Assembly: GCA_964510585.1 (NCBI GenBank)
Contig: CAZECW010000173.1
Coordinates: forward strand, 36,256 to 68,255
DNA from: an uncultured archaeon
Lineage (GTDB): Archaea > Asgardarchaeota > Jordiarchaeia > Jordiarchaeales > Jordiarchaeaceae
Direction: 5' to 3'
DNA length: 32,000 nucleotides
Of the stretch, positions 1 to 9,255 are shown one piece after another (position 1 is the first letter of the stretch; every line of letters starts with the position of its first letter). The notes under the pieces are model-generated. The model did no database searches and was not told the DNA's origin. It saw nothing but the letters and a program-made list of their open reading frames with translations. The position numbers were made by a program, and so were the translations under genes.

Positions 1-1423
1 TAATCGTCATTGGCTCACTAATAGCCCTAATTGGAGTAATAATAAGAGGTATTGTATCATTAGATTCATCTATGTAGTAATCATGTAAATATTCGTATGC
101 CCTAGAAATATTTATCAGCCCAGCTCCCTGTGAAAATGGGTTCAATCCCAGATCCTTGGCAGTCATCATAAGCGCCGCCTTAATGGTGTTTGGAGAAACC
201 CAAGACACACTGGAGTTAGAATCAAGCAACAAAGCTATCGCGCCAGAAACCACAGGAGTAGAAGCACTAGTCCCACTAAAATATGGGGTAGTAATACCAT
301 CTTTTGAAAGAGTGATTAGAGATTCCCCCGGCGCTACTATGTCGGGTTTCGCTCTTTTGTCATCTGTTGGCCCCCTACTTGAAAAGGAAGAAATAGAAGT
401 ATATGAATAACCGCCTGCTGAGCCAACAGTTATAATTTGGGCTGCCAGCCCCGGAGAATTTATGGTTTCATAATAGGTGTTCCAAAAATCTCCACCCTCA
501 TTGCCAGCAGCCGCAACTACAATCACATTACTTTCCCAGGCTTTATTAACAGCATCACACATAGCATCGTTGGAACTGCCTGTCGTGCTACCCAAAGATA
601 ACGATATAATGTTCGCCTTAGGGTGCTCCGTATTATTTAACGCTTCATCTATTGCTTGTATTAACCAATTGTCTTCTCCCTCTCCATTTTTGTCCAATAC
701 TTTTAAATTTAGGAAAGTTACATTTGGCGCAACGCCCATAGCAGTCCCTCCTGATGCTCCGATTATTCCTGCTACGGCTGTTCCATGCCCATTTAAGTCT
801 GTATAGTTTTCTCTGGGCACAAAGCTCTTATTATATACTATTCGGCTTCCGTCTAGGTAGATGTGGGGGTTGATTCCAGTATCTAGGACTGCAACGACGA
901 CTCCTGTTCCACTCAAGTTATATAGTTTTTGGAGTGTGGTGGCTCCTATTGCATCATTTACGTTGGTGTCTTTTGTGTGGATTTCGTTTGCTGTTATTTG
1001 GTGGTCGGCTAGTTTTATTTTTCCGTTGTGGGATATGGATTTTATGTAGTTTTGTTGGGCGATGGTTTCAGCCATTTTTATTGGTGCCTTTATGCAGGCG
1101 CCGTTGAGTATGGTGTAGTTTGATATGATTTCGAAGTCTCCCAAGCTTTTGAGTAGGTTTATTCCTTGGGTGTGGTTGATTGCTTCTTCGAAAAAGATTA
1201 TCATTTCACACTGTGATGTGGGGTCTGAGGTTTGTAGTAGTTGTTGGAGGGATTTTCCTATTTTTGAGTTTTGGGTGGTTGTGTTGTTTTGTTGTATAGG
1301 CGTTGTTAGTGTGTTTTGAGTTAGGGGCTGTTGGTTTAATGTGAGGAACACGGTGGTCGTGAAGATTAGCGTTATTAATACTAGCAGAGTGAGTTTTTTT
1401 GTTGCTTTCCTGGACTTTTTCAT
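1..1423 (-). CDS. Secreted S8 (subtilisin-like) serine protease with signal peptide and propeptide; 3' end runs off the window
   Basis: Manual translation from ATG at 1423 stays open to position 1. It begins MKKSRKATKKLTLLVLITLIFTTTVFL (signal/anchor), followed by a Q/N/T-rich linker. Catalytic motifs are VAVLDTG, NGHGTAVAG and GTSASTPVVSG, with the oxyanion motif AAGNEG and also SSRGP and KPDIVAPG. Absent from the ORF track because no stop lies in the window. Confidence 0.95.
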   Translation of the reverse strand, partial: MKKSRKATKKLTLLVLITLIFTTTVFLTLNQQPLTQNTLTTPIQQNNTTTQNSKIGKSLQQLLQTSDPTSQCEMIIFFEEAINHTQGINLLKSLGDFEIISNYTILNGACIKAPIKMAETIAQQNYIKSISHNGKIKLADHQITANEIHTKDTNVNDAIGATTLQKLYNLSGTGVVVAVLDTGINPHIYLDGSRIVYNKSFVPRENYTDLNGHGTAVAGIIGASGGTAMGVAPNVTFLNLKVLDKNGEGEDNWLIQAIDEALNNTEHPKANIISLSLGSTTGSSNDAMCDAVNKAWESNVIVVAAAGNEGGDFWNTYYETINSPGLAAQIITVGSAGGYSYTSISSFSSRGPTDDKRAKPDIVAPGESLITLSKDGITTPYFSGTSASTPVVSGAIALLLDSNSSVSWVSPNTIKAALMMTAKDLGLNPFSQGAGLINISRAYEYLHDYYIDESNDTIPLIITPIRAISEPMTI

Positions 1424-1622
1424 TATGTTGCTTCCCTTCAGTGTAGTGTGGTTGCCTTAAAAACTAGTTGGGATAATTGTGCTTTCCTGTTTGTGTATTA
1501 TTCTTTAAGGCAGTATTATAATATATTTGTGTCGATGTCTGCAAACTTGTTCGATTTTCTAGGATTAAAAATTCTTTTTATGTTTTGTTCAGGTTATGAT
1601 TTCTGGTTTTGGATAGAGGAAA

Positions 1623-1708
1623 TGAGGGTGTAAATGTTACCCATTACAGAAACACGAGGTCATCGCTAGCCTTATACTCGCTGTGCACTATTATAATGGG
1701 TACCCTCA
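1623..1708. other. Intergenic irregular long hairpin (candidate structured RNA or DNA element)
   Basis: TGAGGGT (1623-1629) pairs with ACCCTCA (1702-1708), and ACCCATTA (1639-1646) pairs with TAATGGGT (1694-1701). An inner CAC/GTG plus GAG/CTC pairing is also possible. Function unknown. Confidence 0.3.
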
Positions 1709-1900
1709 AAAAATATCTGGCAAAATGTATTGAAATATGTTTTGGTGGGATTAAATTTTTGGGTTGTTACACCTTTCTGGGAGGGTTTTAGGTTCATGAG
1801 TTTTCTTTTTTTGGAAAGCTCCCATAAACGTAAGGTTGGTGTAGTTGGACTTAAAATTAATGAGGCGTGTTATTTAGGGTTTTGTTAATTTATGTCTTTT

Positions 1901-2911
1901 TTAATTGGTTTCTGACTTTTCTATGAGGGCGAGGATTTCTTTCACTTCTTTCTCCAGTTCTTTAGTGTCTGTGGCGTTCTTTGTGCGTGCTTTTTTGGTG
2001 AGTTGCTCTGCTTCCTTTAACCATTTTGGGGTTTTGTTTTCTGCTTTTTCTTTGCAGATGTGGTAGTTTAGTTTTGCGTAGAGGGCGCTGACTGGGCTTC
2101 CGATGCGGTTTAGTATTTCTGAGGTTTTAAGATGGTTTTTTGCTGCGATTTCCCATTTTTCCTGTTGTTCGGCGCTCCTTGCGGATGCTGTGTATGCGTA
2201 GTATTCTGCAATGAGGGCTTTCTCTTCTTGGCCTGTGAGTCTTAGGAGTTGGGCTATTTCCATCTGGTGTTTGGAGACTTTTTCCCAGTTTTCTCTATTT
2301 CCTTCGTGGAGCACTAATAATTCGTGGGCTCTTATTAATGTGGCTTCTTTGTTTTGAAATCCAGTTTTTGCAAGGATTTCGGCTATTTGGAAGTAGAGTT
2401 CGGATGCTTTTTGGAATTCTTGTTTTGAGTAAAAAATTTCTGCTTGGATTTGGAGTCTTTTCTTTTTAGCGGTGAGCGACGCCTTTTTTCCTAGTTTTTC
2501 CAGTGTTTCTTCAGCTTCACGGTATGCTGTGATTGCTCTATCAAAATCTCCTACTAGTAGATTGTCCTCAGCCTCTCTGAGTTTGCCGAGTGCTTGGGTT
2601 ATTTCAGAGAGTTTATCTTTTTTTAAATCACTGAAGATTTGAGCAGCCTTTTTCCAGTAGATGATTTCTTGGGGCGGAAAAGTGGCGGTTTCCCCTAAAG
2701 CTCTCCGCATTCTTAGATGATGCATCCAAGAGTTTACAGCTTGTCGTATTAAGGAAAAGGCGTCCTTTTCCTCTTGATTAGTGGTTTTCTCAATTATTTT
2801 TTTTATGAACCAGATGGAGTCTTCGATGATGCTTAACCCCAATTCTCCTATCTCGAATACTTGAAGTAGTAAGTCGAAAAGTCTGTCAATGTAGGGTTCA
2901 TAATCACCCAA
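1901..2911 (-). CDS. All-helical TPR/SNAP-like repeat protein
   Basis: 336 aa with a TTG start preceded by AGGTGA. It has repeats of about 40 aa with the pattern A-x-x-x-Y/H-x-x-(A/I)-x-E-(I/L)-L-x-x-x-G (RAITAYREAEETLEKLG, KASELYFQIAEILAKTG, KVSKHQMEIAQLLRLTG, IAAKNHLKTSEILNRIG). Confidence 0.7.
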   Translation of the reverse strand: MGDYEPYIDRLFDLLLQVFEIGELGLSIIEDSIWFIKKIIEKTTNQEEKDAFSLIRQAVNSWMHHLRMRRALGETATFPPQEIIYWKKAAQIFSDLKKDKLSEITQALGKLREAEDNLLVGDFDRAITAYREAEETLEKLGKKASLTAKKKRLQIQAEIFYSKQEFQKASELYFQIAEILAKTGFQNKEATLIRAHELLVLHEGNRENWEKVSKHQMEIAQLLRLTGQEEKALIAEYYAYTASARSAEQQEKWEIAAKNHLKTSEILNRIGSPVSALYAKLNYHICKEKAENKTPKWLKEAEQLTKKARTKNATDTKELEKEVKEILALIEKSETN

Positions 2912-2997
2912 AAAATTTCACCTTTAAAAATCTTAACATTATAAGAATATTTGGTGGAAACTAATTTAAGAAATTTGGTGAGCTTTATTGGTGCTTG

Positions 2998-3031
2998 TTT
3001 TTCCCCAATTTTTATTGGGCATGGGGAAAAA
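2998..3031. promoter_or_regulatory. 10-bp inverted repeat (possible operator or terminator)
   Basis: TTTTTCCCCA (2998-3007), a 14-nt spacer, then TGGGGAAAAA (3022-3031). A further half-site TTGGGGAAA lies at 3180-3188. Confidence 0.3.
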
Positions 3032-3226
3032 TTTTACATTTTTTGGGCGGAGAAAGCCGAAGATAGAAATCTATATGGCTTGGTATTATATGTGTACGCG
3101 TGTTTCAAAAAAGTTCATGCTTCTGGATGTTATTCTAGCTCGGAAAATGGAATTAAGGTAAATTTTTAATTGCCAATTGTTGGGGAAATAAATGTGCTAA
3201 ACTAAGTTTTACTTTTCTGTGCTGAT

Positions 3227-3463
3227 TCATTTGTATATTATTGAGCCGGGCTCCCTATCTGCTAATTCTTTGAGATAGTCTTCTAGTTGTTTTGCGCTCT
3301 TGAATATGTGTATGGTGTCCCTATCGACAATTCTTAGTATTGCTGATTTTTTTTGTACTGTGACGTATATTCCGCCTAGGGTTGAATCGTGTTTCAGGAA
3401 TGTGTCTCCTCCGCTTGATCTTTTACACCAAAACCCGTTTCTCCTGAGTACATTTTTAAACAT
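3227..3463 (-). CDS. Small hypothetical protein (78 aa)
   Basis: This is the C-terminal part of the 134-aa track ORF. ATG at 3463 is preceded by GAGGGTG. The sequence MFKNVLRRNGFWCKRSSGGDTFLKHD... looks protein-like, while the upstream extension does not. Confidence 0.6.
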   Translation of the reverse strand: MFKNVLRRNGFWCKRSSGGDTFLKHDSTLGGIYVTVQKKSAILRIVDRDTIHIFKSAKQLEDYLKELADREPGSIIYK

Positions 3464-3689
3464 TTGAGCACCCTCTCTTAGAGCTAAACTGTTCGCGGTA
3501 ATTTTTGAACTGTAGAATATTAGAAAGTTAATAAGATGAGGATAATATGAACGAAATATGGAACTAGACTCTAAATTATTTTGATTTTTGAGCCGTTTAC
3601 CTAAAATGCTTTGAATAGCAGAAATAACCATTGTTTTGTTATTTTTTGGTTTTGTACTGTTTTTTAATTGTTTGTAGGGCTTCTTTATA

Positions 3690-4430
3690 TTATTTTTTCA
3701 TTCTTTGGATGGCGTCTATTATTATCGAGAAGAGTATTGGTATTCTTTTGTCAATTTTATTCTTTATCTCTATCTTGTATGTTTCGGGCGAGGTTTTCAA
3801 TATAGTTGCGTAGCTTTGTTCATTTTTCACCATTGAGTATTCCTTTTTTGTCGGGTCTCCTTTTATTGAAAGTTTCATGTTGTGTTTGAGGTCTTCTATG
3901 GTGAAACTCGGTTTTAGGATTCCTTGCTGCTGCATGGTGCCAATTGTTTTGTTGCATCGGTCTTTTAGAACATAGTGTGTGTATTGAGGGGTTCCTTCGA
4001 TTGTTGCAGTAATTATTCCTTTGGCGTCTTTAAATATCATTATTAGGCCTGATTTGGTGTTTTCACATTCTGCAAACCCTTGAAACTTGTTTCCAACATT
4101 TTCTATTTCGTAGTGTATCATTTTTTCTGAGGTTACAGCGTTTATTGAAAAGCCAGATCCAAGAAAATCTGAGAACTCGGGAGTCTTTTCCAGAATTGGT
4201 TGATTTATTAGCTTGCTGGGGATGAATTCTAGTTCTTCTTTGGATTCTTTAGAGGTTCTGGCTAAAGGTATGATTAGTGTAGTATTATTCTGGGAGAGGT
4301 TTGAACTTTGGTTTTTGAGTTTCGTTTTTGGTTGGTGTGTGTAAAGTTTTCCACAGTTTGGACAGTTTTCGCGTACCGATAGGAATGTGGTTCCACAACT
4401 CTCACAACGCCTTACCTCAACTTTACTCAT
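3690..4430 (-). CDS. N-terminal Zn-ribbon fused to a LURP-one/tubby-C-like (scramblase-like) domain
   Basis: CESC-x9-CPNC is followed by a low-complexity linker. The C-terminal region (YVLKDRCNKTIGTMQQQGILKPSFTI...LSIKGDPTKKEYSM...YATI...ETYKIEI...KRIPILFSIIID) fits the LURP-one pattern. Confidence 0.7.
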   Translation of the reverse strand: MSKVEVRRCESCGTTFLSVRENCPNCGKLYTHQPKTKLKNQSSNLSQNNTTLIIPLARTSKESKEELEFIPSKLINQPILEKTPEFSDFLGSGFSINAVTSEKMIHYEIENVGNKFQGFAECENTKSGLIMIFKDAKGIITATIEGTPQYTHYVLKDRCNKTIGTMQQQGILKPSFTIEDLKHNMKLSIKGDPTKKEYSMVKNEQSYATILKTSPETYKIEIKNKIDKRIPILFSIIIDAIQRMKK

Positions 4431-4651
4431 TTCTTGTTCCCCATGTGTTTCTCCTTGGTTATAATAGTATAGATTCTATCTTATGAATATAATCCTTATC
4501 AAATTATCAAAACTTATGGTTTAAATTTAAAAATATTAAAAGTAATATCAATGAAACTTTTCATAACTCTATAATTGAAAATGAAAAGTAATAGAATACT
4601 ATGTGGGTTGTTTTTATGCTACAAAGATAATATACAGTTTGGTGAAGGTTT

Positions 4652-4999
4652 TTGGCAAGAATTATGGGCAGAATTCTCAGCTTTATTGTCCTTCTGGTAT
4701 TAGTGACCCTGATTCAGATGCCTCTAGTAATCGAATCGATAAACACCATAAATTGGTCAAGTGGATTTAAGGAGGGAGGACTGCAAATAATACTAGTAAT
4801 ATGGTTGATTGACTCCCTTCTAATCGCATTGTCTTTTGAGTGGGTTTCCCTCACCATTTCGGTGATTCCTTTTATCATAACTTTACCAATTTCTCTCGTT
4901 TACACCACTATTAATTCTGTATTTGGATGGATTGTACTAACAAATTTGGTTGTCGTTATCGTATTGATTTTAGCTAGAATGGTAGCTAATGTGCTTTAA
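4652..4999 (+). CDS. Small integral membrane protein (3-4 TM helices), unknown function
   Basis: 115 aa, almost wholly hydrophobic. TTG start preceded by GGTGAAGG. Lies directly upstream of purM. Confidence 0.65.
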   Translation: MARIMGRILSFIVLLVLVTLIQMPLVIESINTINWSSGFKEGGLQIILVIWLIDSLLIALSFEWVSLTISVIPFIITLPISLVYTTINSVFGWIVLTNLVVVIVLILARMVANVL

Positions 5000-5072
5000 G
5001 GCTTGGCCTAAATTTGGTAGTCTAGCTAGATTTTTATAAAAAAACTACCTTCTCAACTTTAGGTGTAAAAAA

Positions 5073-6146
5073 TTGAAGAGAAGAGCCTTAACTTATAGAG
5101 ATGCAGGAGTAGATTTATCTAAGGCTAGTGAGAGCCACAGAATTATTGGTAAATTAATTGAAAAAACCTTCTCATTGAGAAGTGGGAAATTCGGTGAAGT
5201 AGTGGGTGAGTACGGCCATTACGCGAATCTTATAGATATTGGTTCAGGAAGGGCTCTGGCGGTTCACACCGACGGGGTCGGTACCAAGGTATTGGTTGCC
5301 CAACTCATGGATAAATACGATACTGTTGGAATCGATTGTGTGGCCATGAATGTTAACGATTTAATTTGTATGGGCGCCGAACCTCTAGCCATTGTGGATT
5401 ACTTGGCAGTTGAGAGATCAGATCCTGAAATGATTGAGCAGATTATTCGAGGGCTTGTTAAGGGAGCGGAAATGGCGGGCGTAGCAATATTGGGTGGAGA
5501 GACTGCTACAATGCCCGATGTGATAAAAGGTGCGGTTGAAGGGAAAGGATTTGATTTAGCCGCCATGTGCATTGGAATGGTTTACCAAGATAAAATTGTC
5601 ACAGGAAGGAAAATAGTAGCTAATGATGTGGTGGTAGGCTTACAAAGTAGCGGTATTCACTCAAACGGACTTTCACTAGCCAGAAAAGCCCTTCTGGAAG
5701 AAGCAGGATTTAGTGTGTTTGACCCCCTGCCTAACTCGAAACAGAGTGTGGGTGAGGCTTTACTTGAACCCACCAAAATTTACGTAAAAGAAGTATTGGA
5801 AATTCTGGAAAAAGCGCAAGTGCATGGTCTTGCAAACATAACTGGTGGGGCGTTCTCAAAGCTCAACAGAATATGTTATGGTGAAATGGGAATGTTCCTT
5901 GACCAGTTACCAGAACCACAACCTATTTTTGAGACCATTAAGCAAGTGGGGAATATTAGTGACTATGAGATGTACCGGACATTTAACATGGGAGTGGGGT
6001 TTGTTGTAGTTACCCCCAGAGAGAGCTCTGAAACGGTCATAAAAATTTGTAAGAAAGCGGGCACCCAAGCTCAAATTATAGGCAAAATAGTCGCCAAAAA
6101 AGGTATAGTACTGGAAGTGTCTAAAGGGAATCTTTTGAAAATGTGA
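5073..6146 (+). CDS. purM: Phosphoribosylformylglycinamidine cyclo-ligase (AIR synthetase)
   Basis: Motifs LTYRDAGVD, TDGVGTK, GIDCVAMNVNDL, GGETA, SSGIHSNG, LLEPTKIY, NITGG and EMYRTFNMGVG. Confidence 0.97.
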   Translation: MKRRALTYRDAGVDLSKASESHRIIGKLIEKTFSLRSGKFGEVVGEYGHYANLIDIGSGRALAVHTDGVGTKVLVAQLMDKYDTVGIDCVAMNVNDLICMGAEPLAIVDYLAVERSDPEMIEQIIRGLVKGAEMAGVAILGGETATMPDVIKGAVEGKGFDLAAMCIGMVYQDKIVTGRKIVANDVVVGLQSSGIHSNGLSLARKALLEEAGFSVFDPLPNSKQSVGEALLEPTKIYVKEVLEILEKAQVHGLANITGGAFSKLNRICYGEMGMFLDQLPEPQPIFETIKQVGNISDYEMYRTFNMGVGFVVVTPRESSETVIKICKKAGTQAQIIGKIVAKKGIVLEVSKGNLLKM

Positions 6147-6226
6147 GATGCAGAGCTTATTGACAAGGCTAAAATTTATTTTCGACCTCTCACACTTTTA
6201 AGGTCGTGTTTTAAAAATAGAAGGCA

Positions 6227-8401
6227 GTGGTGGAAAATTTGTGCGTTAATAAGAATAGGAGAAAGCCTTCAATCCCTGAAATGGTTTCTTTGGGTGAACC
6301 TTCCATCTATGATTTTTTCCTCAGCTTATTTAACAGGGGCACCATTAAAATCTGGAAAAGAGAGGATATTAACGGAGCCGTTGCTCTGTTTGCAGATAAT
6401 TTTACCCTATTTATCTTATTAATTGGTTTACTCCCCATCCTTTGGAGCGTACAGTTTATTCCTGCATGGTACTTCTCCGCCTTAACAGGAATATACGTTG
6501 CACCAATGGATATTGTAGGTATAATTAACGTCTTAGGAAATCAGATACCCGTGATTATTCCTCAGGGATACTACTTGCCCACAGATTTACAGATATTTTA
6601 TCCCCATAAGCCTTGGGGCTTAATCTCAACTCTTCTGGGTGCGGGCGCGCTACAAGTTCTTATAGGAAATTCTGCTTACAGTTACTATGCCTATAAAAAA
6701 ACAATGGAAACAGGAAAAATTTACACTGCATTACCCTTCGGCATAAGCTTACCCGGATTGTTTCTTTTTCTTGGTGCAATAATTGGACTCTCTCAGTCAG
6801 TCCTTGGCTTTGATTTATATACCGCGATTTCCATAGCCATTTTAGCTAATATTATCAGCTCAATTGTTGAAATCATAATAGCGCTCGGCTTAATAGAACA
6901 CTTAAGAAAACACATACCCACAGCAGGGGTACTAGGCACAATTGCAGGATTAGGTTTTGCTTGGCTTATTATTAATTACCTGGGCTACATAGCTGGAGGC
7001 CCAGTAAACGGTGTGTATGGTGCTCTTAATGGATGGCCTTACCTATCGCCTACAATTGGATTTGTGGTCCTATTTATATTGCTAGCGGGGATAATTTCTC
7101 GCTTAAGGATCTTTAAAAAAATTCCCACAACTTTACTGGCAATAATTGTTGGATCCGCTCTTGTAGCAATTAACATTTTGTGGCTGGGAAACACCAATTT
7201 TGGAGATTTCTCCTTCTATTTTAAAGAGATGTGGGCCCAGATTTGGGGTGGGCCTGGCCCCCAATTTTTGTTCGCCCTAACCCTTGGGCAAGACATTACC
7301 AACTACATTTATCCACAGACCTTCAGCTTTATGTTTCCAAGTTTTAGACCGGAGCTTCTGGGCCGCGGACTACAAGCCCTACCAATGATTATAGCGGTAG
7401 TTGTTCCTTTCCAAATCTATGACTCTCTCGAGAGCTACGCCAACAATGAATCAGGAAACTTGGAAATGGCACGCAAATTCGGAATAGAGGATCCAAAGAG
7501 CTTAAAGCTTTGGTGCGACCAGTACGGGTATTCTGCAAAAACCACTATGCTCATAGATGGATGCAGCAGCCTGCTTGGAACTCCTTTTGGCGGATGGACG
7601 CCAACCGTGAATTCTGTGGGCTCAGCAAGCTTTGTCAGAATGGGGGCAGGAATCGGATACTCTCTACTCCACGGAATAATCATTGCGGCAACAGTTTGGT
7701 GTGGAATTCTATTCTTGTTGCCCATGATCATCCCCGCTTGTGTCACAGTACCAGTACTTCTGGTAATTGGAGGATTAATTGTAGTTCAATCTTTTAAGGA
7801 AGTTTATGATGAAAACAGAAAAAAGGATAGCCCAGACTACATTATTTGGGGAGACTTATTCGCGGTAATGCTGGCAATGGTTCCACATGTATTCGCGGTG
7901 TTAACCCTAATAATAATCAATAATTTTAAAAACGCCTTTACTGGAGCACTAATGAGTGCATCAATAACACCTTATCAGCTATTAGACAACACATTTTTTG
8001 TAACTGTGAGTATTGCAGGCATACCATTAAAAATACCATTTGCCCAGTATCTGGGTCTCCAAGGATACGGTTTAAATGAAACATTTAGTTATTCAAGTGC
8101 CACATTCGGCTGGTATGGAATAGTATTTTTGGGATTGGGAGCAACAACTGTGGGACTAATCTGGGGAAGTATAGTCTCAGACCTAAATCATAGACGTTTG
8201 AGAAGAGCCTTCATATTTTCTGCGGCCTCCTGCCTACTCTCACTAGTGGGGATAATTCATGCATACTCAATGCCCACAAGTATCGAAGAAGTTATTCTTC
8301 AATTCCCTTGGGCATCAATGTACTTAGCAATTGCAACATACATACTGATACTGTGGTGGCGGGACTCAAGCTTAACGGAAAAACAAAAATTTGAAAGTTA
8401 A
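6227..8401 (+). CDS. NCS2/AzgA-like (xanthine/uracil/vitamin C family) permease; true start may be ATG at 6281
   Basis: More than 12 hydrophobic segments. Family-like motifs are DINGAVALFADNF, IPTAGVLGTIAGLG and YSAKTTMLIDGCSSLLGTPFGGWTPT...MGAGIGYS. Confidence 0.75.
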   Translation: MVENLCVNKNRRKPSIPEMVSLGEPSIYDFFLSLFNRGTIKIWKREDINGAVALFADNFTLFILLIGLLPILWSVQFIPAWYFSALTGIYVAPMDIVGIINVLGNQIPVIIPQGYYLPTDLQIFYPHKPWGLISTLLGAGALQVLIGNSAYSYYAYKKTMETGKIYTALPFGISLPGLFLFLGAIIGLSQSVLGFDLYTAISIAILANIISSIVEIIIALGLIEHLRKHIPTAGVLGTIAGLGFAWLIINYLGYIAGGPVNGVYGALNGWPYLSPTIGFVVLFILLAGIISRLRIFKKIPTTLLAIIVGSALVAINILWLGNTNFGDFSFYFKEMWAQIWGGPGPQFLFALTLGQDITNYIYPQTFSFMFPSFRPELLGRGLQALPMIIAVVVPFQIYDSLESYANNESGNLEMARKFGIEDPKSLKLWCDQYGYSAKTTMLIDGCSSLLGTPFGGWTPTVNSVGSASFVRMGAGIGYSLLHGIIIAATVWCGILFLLPMIIPACVTVPVLLVIGGLIVVQSFKEVYDENRKKDSPDYIIWGDLFAVMLAMVPHVFAVLTLIIINNFKNAFTGALMSASITPYQLLDNTFFVTVSIAGIPLKIPFAQYLGLQGYGLNETFSYSSATFGWYGIVFLGLGATTVGLIWGSIVSDLNHRRLRRAFIFSAASCLLSLVGIIHAYSMPTSIEEVILQFPWASMYLAIATYILILWWRDSSLTEKQKFES

Positions 8402-8587
8402 TCGTTATATTCTCCACTTTTTTGTACTATAAAAGTATAATCTAGTTTCCAGAGCACAACATTAATAAAGGGAAATCCTTCTAAAAGTCTCCCTGAAAAA
8501 TTGGGGGATACCACTCAAACCACACTAAAAATTCAAAAACAAGTAGTATTATACTATTATTGCGGATTTGTCAGGGAGATTTGAAGC

Positions 8588-9244
8588 GTGAGAAGCAAGA
8601 TTAAAGTAATCGTTCTAGATTTGGACGGGACGCTGGTAGATGTGCCAGATGGGGATTTCTTTGACCAGTTACTTGTAGAATCACTTGAGGAGATTGGATG
8701 CCGTTTGCCTAGTCGTAAGCAGAGGGATCGTTTTTGGGATAGTGGGAAGGATTATCAAAAGATTTTAAGATCTTGGGGGGTAAAAGACATAGACAATTTT
8801 TGGAAGGTCTTTGACAGAAGAGATTTTGAAGCGCGCCTAAGTCTTATAAAATCTAATAAAATCAGGCCCTACGACGATGTGGTGGTTCTAGAGGATCTAC
8901 GCAAAGACTATGCACTGGGCGTGGTAACAAATACTCCACTAAACCTGGCACTCTTGGAACTAGACACATTTAATTTAACCCATTATTTTGGCTCCATTGT
9001 AGCCCTAGGAACTGTGGAACAAAAAAACGCCAAGCCGGAGCCTTACGGGATTCTTAAATGCATCAGGGATCTGCACGGCTCACCTAAAGAGTCATTAGTG
9101 GTAGGAGACAAGGATAGTGATATTATTGCAGGAATCAGAGCAGGTGCTTTTACCGCTGTAATAGTACGTTCAAAAATCAAAACCAAAGTTAAAGCGGATT
9201 TCGTGATAAACAGTCTTTATGAGCTTGAGAAAATCCTTAACTAA
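8588..9244 (+). CDS. HAD-superfamily hydrolase (phosphoglycolate phosphatase/nucleotidase-like)
   Basis: Motif I LDLDGTLVD, motif II VVTN, motif III KPEP and motif IV VGDKDSDI. Confidence 0.92.
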   Translation: MRSKIKVIVLDLDGTLVDVPDGDFFDQLLVESLEEIGCRLPSRKQRDRFWDSGKDYQKILRSWGVKDIDNFWKVFDRRDFEARLSLIKSNKIRPYDDVVVLEDLRKDYALGVVTNTPLNLALLELDTFNLTHYFGSIVALGTVEQKNAKPEPYGILKCIRDLHGSPKESLVVGDKDSDIIAGIRAGAFTAVIVRSKIKTKVKADFVINSLYELEKILN

Positions 9245-9255
9245 GTTATAAATGT

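Noticed and set aside
137-152. GGGTTCAATCCC resembling a tRNA T-loop
   Set aside because: It lies inside the protease coding region (L-N-P-F on the minus strand), with no cloverleaf around it.
156-1319. Plus-strand ORFs of 62-109 aa
   Set aside because: Antisense shadows of the S8 protease, with no motifs of their own.
3464-3631. N-terminal extension of the 134-aa track ORF
   Set aside because: A better start with an RBS exists at 3463, and the extension looks like translated AT-rich intergenic DNA.
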